A stretch of 64,000 nucleotides of DNA from Octopus vulgaris (Eukaryota). Location of the stretch: positions 86,366,001 to 86,430,000 of the forward strand of contig OX597818.1 of NCBI GenBank assembly GCA_951406725.2, read 5' to 3'. Each line of letters begins with the position of its first letter. Position 1 is the first letter of the stretch. Of this stretch, positions 40,401 to 54,023 are shown in pieces. The position numbers and the translations under genes are program-made. The notes under the pieces are model-generated. The model was not told where the DNA came from. It worked only from the letters and a program-made list of their open reading frames with translations, and did not search any database.

Positions 40401-40436
<36 letters not shown>

Positions 40437-40699
40437 TGTGTACAGTGAGATATATATTGGTTTCACACTGGAGTGATTTCTAACGAAGCGAAAAAGCACT
40501 CGGTGCTGTAAAATTGAGTGGAATATCTGAGGGGTATCTGCATACGTTGTCATTTCTCCGAGTGTTTCGTTATCTTGGATCAAGCGACTGAGGAGCAGGA
40601 ATGAATAGAAACTCACACTGATTCAACTTTAAATAGACCCTTATATACGTAAGCAGTGGGATATATATGTGTATATATATAGAAAAATGAAAGTGTATC

Positions 40700-41050
40700 G
40701 ATTTTTTGCTTGTATGATTTGTAAGAGGAAATATTGAAATCATGCAAGCCTGTTCAGCTATCAAAGAAGCCACATGGATAGAACCCTTGTACATTATGAC
40801 ACAGCTACTATTCACAACAGAATATGTGAAACCTCTGGAAATGTGCACCGTTCAGTTGGAGGATTAAAAAGAGTTGTCAAAATAATTCATACTGTGGCAC
40901 CGGTTTCGTCTGCCAGCCTGCATAACTGTACATTATGCAATAAAATGTGCAAATCTTCGGTGGGGTTCAAGAACCATATAAAGGCCTCACAATGCTTTAT
41001 CATCGATTCGTTTCAATGATTCTTTCTAGTATGGCTTTGCTCGTATATGA
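40700..41050 (+). mobile_element. RTE-like LINE C-terminal zinc-finger remnant
   Basis: HNCTLCNKMCKSSVGFKNHIK in ORF 40774-41019; similar motif at 63530-63710. Confidence 0.5.
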
Positions 41051-41061
41051 GCAAAGCCATT

Positions 41062-41850
41062 ACTCCCGCCAAATCTAATGCTGAATGGGTAAAATCCACG
41101 TCAGTTCCCGGCTGTTATGTCTAGAGTATAGACATGTCGTACGCGTTCGTCGGATTTTCGTTTTCACCGGACGCATCAAGCAGAAATATTACATTAAGGC
41201 TTGCCAAAAGCTTGGTTACACCAAACCTCTAACCATCCAGAAGGCTTTTAGCGATCGATAACACTCAGATAAAGGAGTGGTGCAACCGATTCGAACATGG
41301 TAGAATCTCATTGGAGAGTGAGGCTTGTCCAGGTAGGCTATCCACAAGTGAAACGAAGAGACGATTGAGAAGGTTCGGCGAATAATAATGGAAGACCGGT
41401 GTGTAACAATCCAGGAGATTGGTCACGAAATGAGAATAAGTACAGGATCAGTGCATTCCATTTTAACGGAAGCTTTATGCATGCTGGGAGTGTCGGTGAA
41501 ATTAGTCCTCGAGTGCTGGCGGAGCAACAGAAACAACTTAGCATGGAAAACGCTCAGGACATGCCGGACTGTGCAAACCATGAGTCGGATTTCATGGAGA
41601 CCATCAGCGCTGGTGATGAGACATGGGTTTATGATCTCTGTTCGATGCATTCCGTCATCTTGCGTGAAAATGAAAATCCGCCGAGCGCGCACTGTACGTC
41701 TATAACCTGAGCGTAACAGTCGCAAAATGGCGCGAAAATAGTCCAGCTTGCGCAGCAAGGGTGCATCACTTTCTACCCAAATGATTTCGTCCGCGCGGCA
41801 TTAAGTTCGGCAGAAAAGAATAAAGTCAGATACGTTTTAAACTGATCTCG
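41062..41850 (+). mobile_element. Mariner-derived element with inverted 5' end replacing the 3' end
   Basis: Frameshifted transposase up to GDETWVY; 41633-41720 is inverted relative to 41111-41188 and encodes MTECIEQR on the minus strand; right end cg-TA. Confidence 0.8.
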
Positions 41851-43020
41851 TATATATATCAACATGCATATATGTACACACACACGCACGTAAATACTTA
41901 TATATATGTATATGTACGCATATTATACACAGACATATAAAGGTATATATAAATATATATATACATACACACACACACATACATATCGGGTAGGTGTATC
42001 TATATATGTATACAATATATATGTGAATATGTGTGTTTGAAACACATTCATGCATTAAAATATATGCAAATGTATTTTCTTAGTTATATAACTTCTTCAA
42101 CATTTTGTGTGTATGTAATAACAACAAAAAAATTCGAAATCGGAAACAAAAATTTAATAGAAAGAAAAAAAAAAGGAAAGATATACAGAGAGAATGCCGA
42201 AGCCTCTAAAAGTAAAAGTTTCATGCTATTTCATTGCACATCCTCTGAAGGGGGCCGTAAAGAAGAGAAAGTATAGGACAGATAATAAAGAAGTCGTGAC
42301 GGGGTGGGAGAATAATATAGACTACATAGAAAGACGCAAAAGATAATGGGCGTAAGAAAAACTGACAGACAAAAATCTACCGCATATTTCAAAAGGAAAT
42401 ATTTTGAAAACTTTATTGAAGATATTTATTCAATAACAAAGTATAAGTTGCATTCATCTTTTCAAAGGTGTTCTTAATATCTTAATATTCTTTCACGTCG
42501 GGGCCTAACAGTTAAAGTGACTTAACTCAAATACAAATTGGAAGACTTTCTCTTGATATTAGAAAAAGAATTTAGCTATAAAAATACATTTTTTTTTATT
42601 GTAAAACATGAAAGAAGTGGTTTACAAAAAGAAAAAAGAAGGAAAATTATCTAATATATAGATATATAGATAGATTTAAAATGACGGCTTGTGTATTTCA
42701 ACAGTAATATTTTTTTTGAAGGAAACACTTCACTAACATTAGTCATTGCATCTGTCGCGTGTATTTATAATATTATTTATATAACTTATATCTCTTTCCA
42801 AATTAAGACTATCTTTTGATTGAAATTTTTCATTGTGATGTTTTAAGAGATACGCTTTCAAAAATATTATTGCAGTGACATAAAAACATAGCAAAATATA
42901 TCTTCTGCTTGTAAAGTTTTGCGGTAAGTATTCGTACTGGAAAAAAAAAGTTAGTCTGATGATGTTGAGATAAGGGTCTATCACATTTTTCAGGCGTTTG
43001 TTAGTAAAACAACATGCACG

Positions 43021-43086
<66 letters not shown>

Positions 43087-43302
43087 CATACAACACACAT
43101 ATACATACGTACGGACGCATGTCGTTATGTATGTATGTATGTATATATGTATGCGTGTGTGTGAATGTGTGTGTGTATACGAGAGCAGAATAAGATAGGG
43201 AAGATGGTCAATCTTTTTATTATAATTTATTATTACACCTTAAACTACATAACCTTTACACGTGTTTCACGAATGAACACGACTATATTGTGTAGTAATC
43301 AT

Positions 43303-43447
43303 ATGTATGTATGTATGTATGTATGCATACGTGCAGATTTGTATGTTTTGTTTTATGTATGTCTTTTCATTTATATACATACATATCTAGACATGCTCAT
43401 ATATACTTAAATGATAACGCTCTGAAAAGTTTTGCAGATGTTTATAG
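43303..43447 (-). mobile_element. Extreme 3' end of the RLE LINE family with (CATA)n tail
   Basis: Reverse complement matches 40230-40343 (tatatatgagcat.tctagatatg..aaaacatacaaatctgcac). Confidence 0.8.
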
Positions 43448-43936
43448 CATATAAAATACATCTTCCTCCATGTTCATACGTCGGAACAACGATGACCATC
43501 TAGTCGTCCTGAGGACGACTGATGACTTACATGGTGACTATGCTTCAAGTGAAGAAGAGTTGTGTACCATCCTCTTCACTCGCTTGGTCCATGACCATGT
43601 TCAGTCCAGTAGCAAGATCAGGTCAATACGACAGGGGTTGGAGACGAATGCAGTGGATCACGAAAATGCCATATTTACCTCATTTTCTTCTCAGCACACC
43701 ACAACGCGTCGCTGCAATCGCCTTTCTTCTCTGTTGAAACGTAATGGCGTGGCTTCTTCCGCAGATTCTGCTGGTTCTAGTCTTTAACTAACAAAGGTAG
43801 GTTAAGCCCTAATATGCTGATTAACCCACAGCTAGATCCCTGACAAATGTTATTAATCCGAGTCAAAGCAGACTTGAGAACAAAGTAGAAAATTGATGGT
43901 TCCACGTTTCTCATAAAGATGTTTAAAACACACACA

Positions 43937-43984
<48 letters not shown>

Positions 43985-44881
43985 TAGGTGTTACATTTTA
44001 AAGAAGTGTGTTTTGAGGGTAAGTTACAGGGCCTGCTTAACAGGTAAGGTCATTCACAGTTCTGAAGCTTTATATTTATCAGTCTTCCTCTTTCTAATTG
44101 TATTACAGAATTTATGGGTAGCAACAATTGTGTATAAATGTGGCCTTCTACCAGAAATAGTACTTAATTGTGGCACGTATCGGCAAGAATAAGATGAGAA
44201 GTAAGATGTAGAAGAGTTGGAATAAGGAGTGTCGTGAGATGAAGCAGCAGATAACATTTTCATAGCCTTTCCCCCATAACCATCATGTTCTTTCTATTTA
44301 CTTTTATTATTATTAGTGAGAAAGATATGCAGGATTATAGTTTTATAATACGTGTACTTTTTTTTAAGCTGGTGGTAGTGAAATTTGGACGAAATTTAGC
44401 TGTTACTTTTCACTCCCTTGTTAGTTCTAGTAACAAATATGCGTGTTAGTAAAAGAAACAACCGAATGTGTCCGTTTCTTTTCAGACGGTAGGATGTAGT
44501 TTGAGATTTGGCTGCTCTTTCAAGCTGGTCATGAGACCGTCAAAGGTTTCTCTTGCTAGTCCGCCAGATTCTTGTCTTTAATGCTGCTACAAAATTCTCA
44601 ACAATAATTAATTCTTCGACTTGTCAACAACAAGATACAAGTAAACGGCTCGGTGGAGCATCGTTCTATAAATTACACAAACATGGAGCCTCATATATTG
44701 GGGTATGGGCCATTTTATCGTCACCTAATTTGGCGTCGCTAATTCGGTGCTGACTTATTTGGCACCAGCTGTTTTTATGTTTCACGTGTTCTCAACTCTG
44801 TGTGCGTGTAAATGCTCATGTGTGTGAGGATCTAGTTATGTTTGTATATGTATGTGTAATGTATCTCCCTCCCTCTGTCTA

Positions 44882-44982
<101 letters not shown>

Positions 44983-45617
44983 GCATATGTGTATTTCTGC
45001 GCGCGCTTGCATGAGTATATATGTACGTGCGCATGTATGTGTGTGTGGGTTTGCCTTCTGTGCCAAAATATACTGTCAGCAAAATTAGTTAAATATCCAG
45101 CTGTGCCAAATTTTCATCGCCAAACAGCTACGCCTTATCGTCTTATCCCGTTATATATCCAATATAGTGAGATAGAAGGATTCGATCAACTGAGATTATC
45201 TACTTAGTGAATACAAACTCCCTCTAGGGTTTTTTTCTGCTAAAAAAAAAAATCCTAGAACCATCAAACAAGGTAGGTAATCTCATTACGATCAGTTGCC
45301 TAAACTGTTTATATTAAATAGGCAATGCAAATTCGAGTGGATCTGGTCAGTCACATTTGCTGCTTCGTGAAAAATATTAAAGCATTGTTTGTAGTATCAC
45401 GTCTATAGTTCTCTATTCTAGTCTCGAATCTAAATATCTCTTTTAGATTCAATGGATTTATTTATTTATTTATTTATTTATGTCGTTTTATTTATTCATT
45501 TATTTATTCATAAATCGTTTTGTTTCTGTTTACTTTAAAAGAGTATCAGTGAGATTTATATACGAACACACAAACAAGCACACATGAAATCGTATATAGA
45601 CTTTGAATCACTTTAAA

Positions 45618-45625
45618 TACACACA

Positions 45626-45666
<41 letters not shown>

Positions 45667-45851
45667 TCACACACACACACACACACACATACACACACAT
45701 ACGCACACGCACACACACACACATATACACACAAACACTTAGAATCACACAAATATCACATAAGAACAGAAGCATACAGACATGTAAACATAATTTACAC
45801 ACCTAATCATACATACATACATATACATACATACACCACACACACACACAT

Positions 45852-45900
<49 letters not shown>

Positions 45901-46180
45901 TACACACACATCGATATACACTCGATCACCAATAAGCAATGCACATTCACTCACACTCACACACACTCACACACACACACACACTCACACACACTCACAC
46001 ACGCAAATACACATACACACACACAAGTACACGTACACGCACACACACACTTAGAATCACACAAATATCACATAAGAACAGAGGCATATACAGACACGTA
46101 AATATAATTTACCCACGCAATCATACATACATATACACACACCACACACACACACATACACATACACATACACACACACA

Positions 46181-46234
<54 letters not shown>

Positions 46235-46481
46235 CACACACATCGATATACACTCGATCACCAATAAACAATACACATTCACTCACTCACACTGACACAC
46301 GCAAATACACACACAAACACACACTCACGCACAGATATTTAGAATCGTGGTAATATAGATATAGCTGCACATACACACGGTTACATGCAAACAGAAATAC
46401 TTGCACAAAGTGATTAACTTAGCGATAAACAGGTGCACACGCACCGTTCACTTGGTGATACACACACACAGAGACACACAG

Positions 46482-46513
<32 letters not shown>

Positions 46514-46938
46514 ATCCACACACCCACGCGCACGTAGACCTCTGACCGACACATACATACACGCTGATACACTTTGAAACACACACACATAAACACATAC
46601 ACATATAGACAGACAGACACATACACACACACGTAGAAGGACACACTTAAAAAATAGATCCAAAAAACATGGACATAGTCAGACAAATGCACGCACGCCG
46701 CGAACACAAATACACAAACACACACACACTCACACACACACAAACACGCACACACACACAAACACGCACACAGGCACACACACATGCACGCACACACACG
46801 CACTCAGAAAGACACACTTAAAATATAGACACACAAACATGGACACATAGTCTTAGACAATTCTGCATACACGTACGAACACAATGATAAACATAGTTGC
46901 ACATAGCATCACAAATGTAGTCACATACACATAGACAT

Positions 46939-46988
<50 letters not shown>

Positions 46989-47400
46989 GAACACACACTT
47001 AAATTCTTTCTAACAGGTACGCACGCAAATATAAGCACACATGCATACACTCACATACACACACTCTTAAACACAGAAATGCAGACATAGGTACGCGCGC
47101 GTACCCACACACTCATACACACAAGCTAACACACACATACACATTTGGAACACAAATACGCATATAGATACGGACACATGTACGTGTCCACCTCCACCCC
47201 CTCCACACACACACACACACAATCACTTGGAACATAGAAATACAGATATAGACACACACGTACGTGTAACACAAGCACTTAGAAACATAGAAATAAATAC
47301 GCACACACATTCTCACACACACACACACACTCAGACACAGTCACAAACACAAATGTACACACACATACATACATACATACATACAACAACAACAACAACA
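45618..47400. repeat. CA-rich cryptic satellite with 312-bp higher-order duplication
   Basis: ttagaatcacacaaatatcacataagaacaga at 45739 and 46051; catcgatatacactcgatcaccaataa occurs twice. Confidence 0.85.
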
Positions 47401-48056
47401 GCAACCACAACAGCAGCAGCACCAGCAACAGCAACAACTACAACCACAGCAACTGGCCCAGCAACAATTATAATTTTGGAGTACAATAACACTTTTTACA
47501 AGATCTCAATTGTTAATTCCTATTAATATATACATTAACCAACATTTTCAATAGAAATAAGACAAGCAGGGGCTGAAGGCTACACATTTTATTTTGTTTC
47601 TATTGTGCTGCCTTTTGTTTCATTGGCAAAATTTATTTTATTATATTTTCTTTTATTTGAGATTTCAACTCGTCTAATATTTATTTCATCGAAAACAGAC
47701 GAAACCAATTTAACAGCGACATAATGATATTTCCAAATTAAATTTTAAACAATTCCAAAAATTTTAAATATCGGCTGCTAGTGAGAAACCATCATTTATT
47801 ATTTTGTATTATTATTGTATAGACGTTTTCTCGATTCTCTGATGTACGTATGCATATACATATATGTACTTGCATATACATATATGTACGTACACACACT
47901 CACACAGAGATACACACAAACATATGTATGTATGTATTTATCTATGTATATATGTATGTGTGCGTGTGTATATATATATAGTAGACATCTATATCTATAT
48001 CCATATATCTCTATATCTATATAGATATAGATAGATAGATAGATAGATAGATGAAG

Positions 48057-48119
<63 letters not shown>

Positions 48120-48265
48120 TGATTGATTGATTGATAGGCGCGGAGTGGCTGAGTGGTAAGTAGCTTGCATACCAACCACTTTGGCCAAGTGTCTTCTGAT
48201 ATAGCTTCGGGCTGACCAAAGCCCTGTCAGTGGATTTAGTATACGGAAACTGAAAGAAGCCCGTC

Positions 48266-48298
<33 letters not shown>

Positions 48299-48302
48299 TG
48301 TA

Positions 48303-48717
48303 GGCGTAGGAATGGTTGTGTGGTAAGTAGCTTGTTTACCAACCACATAGTTCTGGGTTCAGTCTCACTGCGTGGCACCTTGGACAAGTGTTTTCTACTA
48401 TAGCCTCGGGCCGACCAAAGCTTTGTGAGTGGATTTGGTAGACGGAAACTGAAAGAAGCCCGTCTAATATGTATGTATATGTATATGTATATGTGTGTAT
48501 GTGTGTGTGTGTGTGTCTGTGTTTGTTCCCCCCCAACATCGCTTGACAACCGATGCTGGTGTGTTTACGTCCCCGTAACCTAGCGGTTCGGCCAAAGAGA
48601 TCGATAGAATAAGTACTAGGCTTACAAAGAATAAGTCCTGAAGTCGATTTGTTCGACTAAAGGCGGCGCTCCAGCATGGCCACACTCAAATGACTGAAAC
48701 AAATAAAAGAGTAAAAG
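48303..48717 (+). mobile_element. SINE family A, full length (preceded by a deleted head copy at 48137-48268)
   Basis: All modules present. Confidence 0.92.
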
Positions 48718-49213
48718 TGATATACACATATATATGCATATGCGCGCATACATACATATGTAAGCCTATATATATATATATATGCATGTATATATATATA
48801 TATGTTTATATATATATGTGTGTGTGTATGTATCTATGGATGTATGTGTTTATATATATATATATGTCTGTGTGTATGTATGTATGTATGTATGTATGTA
48901 TGTATGTATGTATGTATGTATGTATGTATGTATGTATGTATGTATGTATGTATGTGCGTGTGTGTATGTCTGTCAGAGTAAGAAAACTGTAGATAAACAC
49001 ACACACATGAATATATGTGTGTATATGAGTACATGCGAAAGCATTATGTGTGAATGTGTGAGTGTGAGAGAAAGAGTGGGGAGAGAGAGAGAGACAAAGA
49101 GTGAGGGAAAGAAGAAAGACAGTGTACATATATGTATAATATTTATTTTCGTTTTCACCTTTCCATTATTTCTTCTTTTTGCTCTCGTGTTTTGTCAAGA
49201 AACGGCATATAAA

Positions 49214-49334
<121 letters not shown>

Positions 49335-50627
49335 TAATAATAATAATAATAACAACAACAACAATAATAATAATAAATGTTTATTTAAAAACAAAAGCCA
49401 TGAACGATTCCATTATTTTCATCTTGATTGATTAGTTTTGTCTTTTGTAAAACACTTGTAGTCTTCCATTTTGTTTTTCATTTTTCCGTAGCCTGCTATG
49501 ATAGAAATATTTACGAATATTTTTGGATGGTGGTCGAAATACCAATTTTTAAAGGTTTTATTGATTTTTTAGATATTTTCCATTTATAATTTCTTTCACC
49601 ATTTTTCTTTCTCATTTTTATTTTAATATATTTAGCTCTTCTTTCTCTCTTCATTTATTTATTTATTTTCTTTCTTGTCTTATTTATTTCTGAAAGACAG
49701 CATAAAAATCAATGCTGTAATTGTTGTTTTATATCCGCGCCATGTTTAATGCATATTTAGAGATTAACTTGACCCAATTTTTAAGCTCTCTGAAATATCT
49801 TTAAGCCAACCATATACAGTAAGCAATATAAGACAACCGCACATACAAAACAATCTTTTCTCTTTTCTATTTTAAAGCCAATTCTCTTTAGTTTTTACTA
49901 CAACAAAATGACCTCCTATAGTTTGAGGTCCAACCTTCCCGTTATTACCAAACGCTTTATTGAATCTGAAATTTGTTTAAACGAGTGAAAAATGTTTGGT
50001 CAAGCTGAGATAATTGAAACACTATTAATGAGTAGTCAGTCTCTAGGGTAAATTTAATGGAAAAGTACAAGAGTTTCTTTTTTTTAAAAAAAGGTTAGAA
50101 CAGCTTTAGATGTTCCTATATTGTTCTACCGTTTCGGATGTGTTTCGCGGAACAAAGCCACTCTTTTTCTTCACGCGTTCCTGTCTTTCATGCCATTTTC
50201 TGAAGTCTTTTTGTAACTCGACATTACGAGAGAAATTATCAGTGTACGTCATTCTGGACCGCCCGAGACGAGAATTTCCGAGACTCGGGATCAACAAAAA
50301 GAGCTCGCTCACTAATTCATCTTTGTTTCGATATTAGTGACCATCATATATTGTCCGTCACTCTGGAATGATTAATATTACGTTGGGGATACTTCCACAA
50401 TATGGCCGAAATACCGAGGATATACGGAACACCGCAAGAAGCAACAAATGCAATCATGATGATATATAATAATACAAAATCGATGGTGCGATCCCCCGAT
50501 GACGACACAGACGTTTTAAATATTCAGACAGTAGTACTACCGGGCGATACACTAGTGCCTTTCTTATCATAACACTGGACAATATTTTGCATATGTCTAT
50601 TGATCTTTACAATAACATTGATTTTTC

Positions 50628-50816
50628 AGTTCTATATTTAAGAGATGAGGAATTATATACATTATTTACATTATTTACATTCGACGGATATTTGTCCTCA
50701 TTTTGTTTGTTGTTAACCACTCCGCCATATGCTCGTGGGCCTATGGCGAAGTGGTTAAAAGCGTGGGTGCTAACCCCAAGATTCCGAGTTCGATTCCAAG
50801 CAGTGACCTGAACACT

Positions 50817-50849
<33 letters not shown>

Positions 50850-50868
50850 AATAATGATGATGATGATG

Positions 50869-50932
<64 letters not shown>

Positions 50933-51082
50933 CATCGAAAAATACCTTAGGAATGAGAACCCAGGTTCGAAATTTCCCCAAGACACCTGAGGAAGGCTGG
51001 AGGGTACATCAGCCGAAACGTTGTGTTAATAACAAACAAGATGAGGACAAATATCCGTCGAATGTAAATAATGTAAATAATG
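50628..51082 (+). mobile_element. Non-autonomous tRNA-head / microsatellite / hammerhead fold-back element, copy 1
   Basis: 14-bp TSD aacattgatttttc (50614-50627, 51083-51096); A-box tggcgaagtgg, B-box gagttcgattcc; (AAC/AAT)n; HHR motif; ~58-bp inverted termini. Confidence 0.85.
50982..51027 (+). ncRNA. Minimal hammerhead variant
   Basis: gacac CUGAGGA a GGCUG gaggguacau CAGCC GAAA CG UU guguu. Confidence 0.7.
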
Positions 51083-52285
51083 AACATTGATTTTTCTCTA
51101 TAGAAATCTAGAAACAGGAGATATCCAGAGGATGCTGAATGCGAACGACCTTGCATTTTTAAATAACAGATGCTTTATTGATTTTTATGTGAATGCAGGG
51201 AAGACCGAATATTTTCCATTTATAATATTTAATTCTCTTCATACCACAAAGTTTTATTATCTAGTCTCATTTTTATTTTAATATATTTAGCTCTTCTTTC
51301 TCTCTTCATTTATTTATTTATTTTTTTCTTGTCTTATTTATTTCTGAAAGACAGCATAAAAATCAATGCTGTAATTGTTGTTTTATATCCGCGCCATGTT
51401 TAATGCATATTTAGAGATTAACTTGACCCAATTTTTAAGCTCTCTGAAATATCTTTAAGCCAACCATATACAGTAAGCAATATAAGACAACCGCACATAC
51501 AAAACAATCTTTTCTCTTTTCTATTTTAAAGCCAATTCTCTTTAGTTTTTACTACAACAAAATGACCTCCTATAGTTTGAGGTCCAACCTTCCCGTTATT
51601 ACCAAACGCTTTATTGAATCTGAAATTTGTTTAAACGAGTGAAAAATGTTTGGTCAAGCTGAGATAATTGAAACACTATTAATGAGTAGTCAGTCTCTAG
51701 GGTAAATTTAATGGAAAAGTACAAGAGTTTCTTTTTTTTTAAAAAAAAGGTTAGAACAGCTTTAGATGTTCCTATATTGTTCTACCGTTTCGGATGTGTT
51801 TCACGGAACAAAGCCACTCTTTTTCTTCACACGTTCCTGTCTTTCATGCCATTTTCTGAAGTCTTTTTGTAACTTGACATTACGAGAGAAATTATCAGTG
51901 TACGTCATTCTGGACCGCCCGAGACGAGAATTTCCGAGACTCGGGATCAACAAAAAGAGCTATCTCACTAATTCATCTTTGTTTTGATATTAGTGACCAT
52001 CACATGTTGTCCTTCACTCTGGAATGATTAATATTACGTTGGGGATACTTCCACAATATGGCCGAAATACCGAGGATATACGGAACACCGCAAGAAGCAA
52101 CAAATGCAATCATGATGATATATAATAAAACAAAATCGATGGTGCGATCCCCCGATGACGACACAGACGTTTTTAAAAAATTCAGACAGTAGTACTACCG
52201 GGCGATACACTAGTGCCTTTCTTATCATAACACTGGACAATATTTTGCATATGTCTATTGATCTTTACAATAACATTGATTTTTC

Positions 52286-52496
52286 AGTTCTATATTTAAG
52301 AGATGAGGAATTATGCACATTATTTACATTATTTACATTATTTACATTCGACGGATATTTGTCCTCATTTTGTTTGTTGTTAACCACTCCGCCATATGCT
52401 CGTGGGCCTATGGTGAAGTGGTTAAAAGCGCGGGGTGCTAACCCCAAGATTCCGAGTTCGATTCCAAGCAGTGACCTGAACACTAACAACAACAAC

Positions 52497-52552
<56 letters not shown>

Positions 52553-52702
52553 CATCGAAAAATACCTTAGGAATGAGAACCCAGGTTCGAAATTTCCCCA
52601 AGACACCTGAGGAAGGCTGGAGGGTACATCAGCCGAAACGTTGTGTTAATAACAAACAAGATGAGAACAAATATCCGTCGAATGTAAATAATGTAAATAA
52701 TG
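52286..52702 (+). mobile_element. tRNA-head / hammerhead fold-back element, copy 2 (HHR 52602-52647)
   Basis: Same TSD (52272-52285, 52703-52716) and structure as copy 1; shorter microsatellite. Confidence 0.85.
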
Positions 52703-53417
52703 AACATTGATTTTTCTCTATAGAAATCTAGAAACAGGAGATATCCAGCCAAGAGGATGCTTACTATGCGAACGACCTTGCACTATTTGCTGACAAGATA
52801 ACAGATGCTGAAAACTTACTGCATGAACGAGAAGAGGCAGCTTTTGTGATTGGATTGTATGTGAATGCAGGGAAGACCGAATAACCAGAACTTCCAGATT
52901 TTATTGTAATAGAACATTAATTCTCTGAAGCTTTCATACCCACAAAGTTTTATTATCTAGTCTCTGATATTTGATGATCTGCTACATCTCTAGTTATTTT
53001 ATTATTTCTGAAATCTACTTGTATTGTATCACTTTTGCAATCCTGTTATGTGCCAGCAATCCTGTTATGTCTCAGCGTTGTCTGTCCAATAATACTTCTA
53101 GGTTCTGACGATAGCACTTAAATACACAGTTATTTCTCCCAGGTTAAAAAGCAGAGTTGTACACAGAATGGGTCGTTTAAAACATGCTAGAATACTGCAA
53201 CCGTCGATACCATTGTGATCTTTGGTTTTATGTACATATATCTGCGGAACTGATAATGAGTAAAAAAAACAATCTGAAATAATACAAAAATGGATTTGGG
53301 TCACCCAAATAAGCAAAACGAATATGTAACTGCTTAAAAGTCACTTATCAAACGTCATTGCTGCAAACTTCTTTTCCTTTTGTTTATGAAGGTATTACTC
53401 TAGTTTCACATATATAA

Positions 53418-53806
53418 GCAGCTGTGTAGTAAGTAGCTTGCTTACCAACAACATGGTTCCGGCTTCAGTCCCACTGCGTGCAACCTTGGGCGAGTGTTTT
53501 CAACTATAGCCCAGAGCCCACCAAAGCTTTGTGAGTGGACTTGGTAGACGGAAACTGAAAGAAGCCCATCGTATATATGTATGTATGTGTTTGTTTGTTT
53601 GTGTGTCTGTGTTTGTCCCCCACCATCGTCTGACAACCGGTGTTGATGTGTTTACGTCCCCGTAAATTAGCGGTTCGGCAAAAAAGACCGATAGAATAAG
53701 TACTAGGCTTACGAAGAATAAGTTGTGTGGTCGATTTCTTCGATTAAAGGCGGTGCTCCAGCATGGGCGAGGTCAAATGACTGAAACAAATAAAAGAATA
53801 AAAGAA
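53418..53806 (+). mobile_element. SINE family A
   Basis: All modules, (gaataaaa)n tail. Confidence 0.9.
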
Positions 53807-53879
53807 TATATATAATCCTGGTATAACTGATAATATAAGTGAGGACTTTCTATCTGAAATCTATATTCACCCTAACCCA

Positions 53880-54023
<144 letters not shown>

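Larger units (their letters stand above)
50170..51213. mobile_element. RTE-like LINE fragment with internal inversion, interrupted by the HHR element (repeated at ~51826-52880)
   Basis: Minus 50170-50395: YRNKDELVSEL..GRSRMTYTD C-terminus. Plus from 50396: YGTPQEATNAIMMIYNNTKSMVRSPDDDTD..GDTLVP; copy 2 continues YANDLALFAD..IGLYVNAGKTE. Confidence 0.8.
49610..52964 (+). repeat. ~1.65-kb tandem duplication (about 49610-51264 and 51265-52964)
   Basis: Near-identical copies differing by scattered SNPs and microsatellite length. Confidence 0.92.

Noticed and set aside
44054-44263. 69-aa ORF in unique sequence
   Set aside because: No recognisable domain or convincing splice signals.
50737-50808. 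Possible tRNA-Ser gene
   Set aside because: A and B boxes are present, but the acceptor stem and long variable arm do not form; it lies inside a TSD-flanked element.
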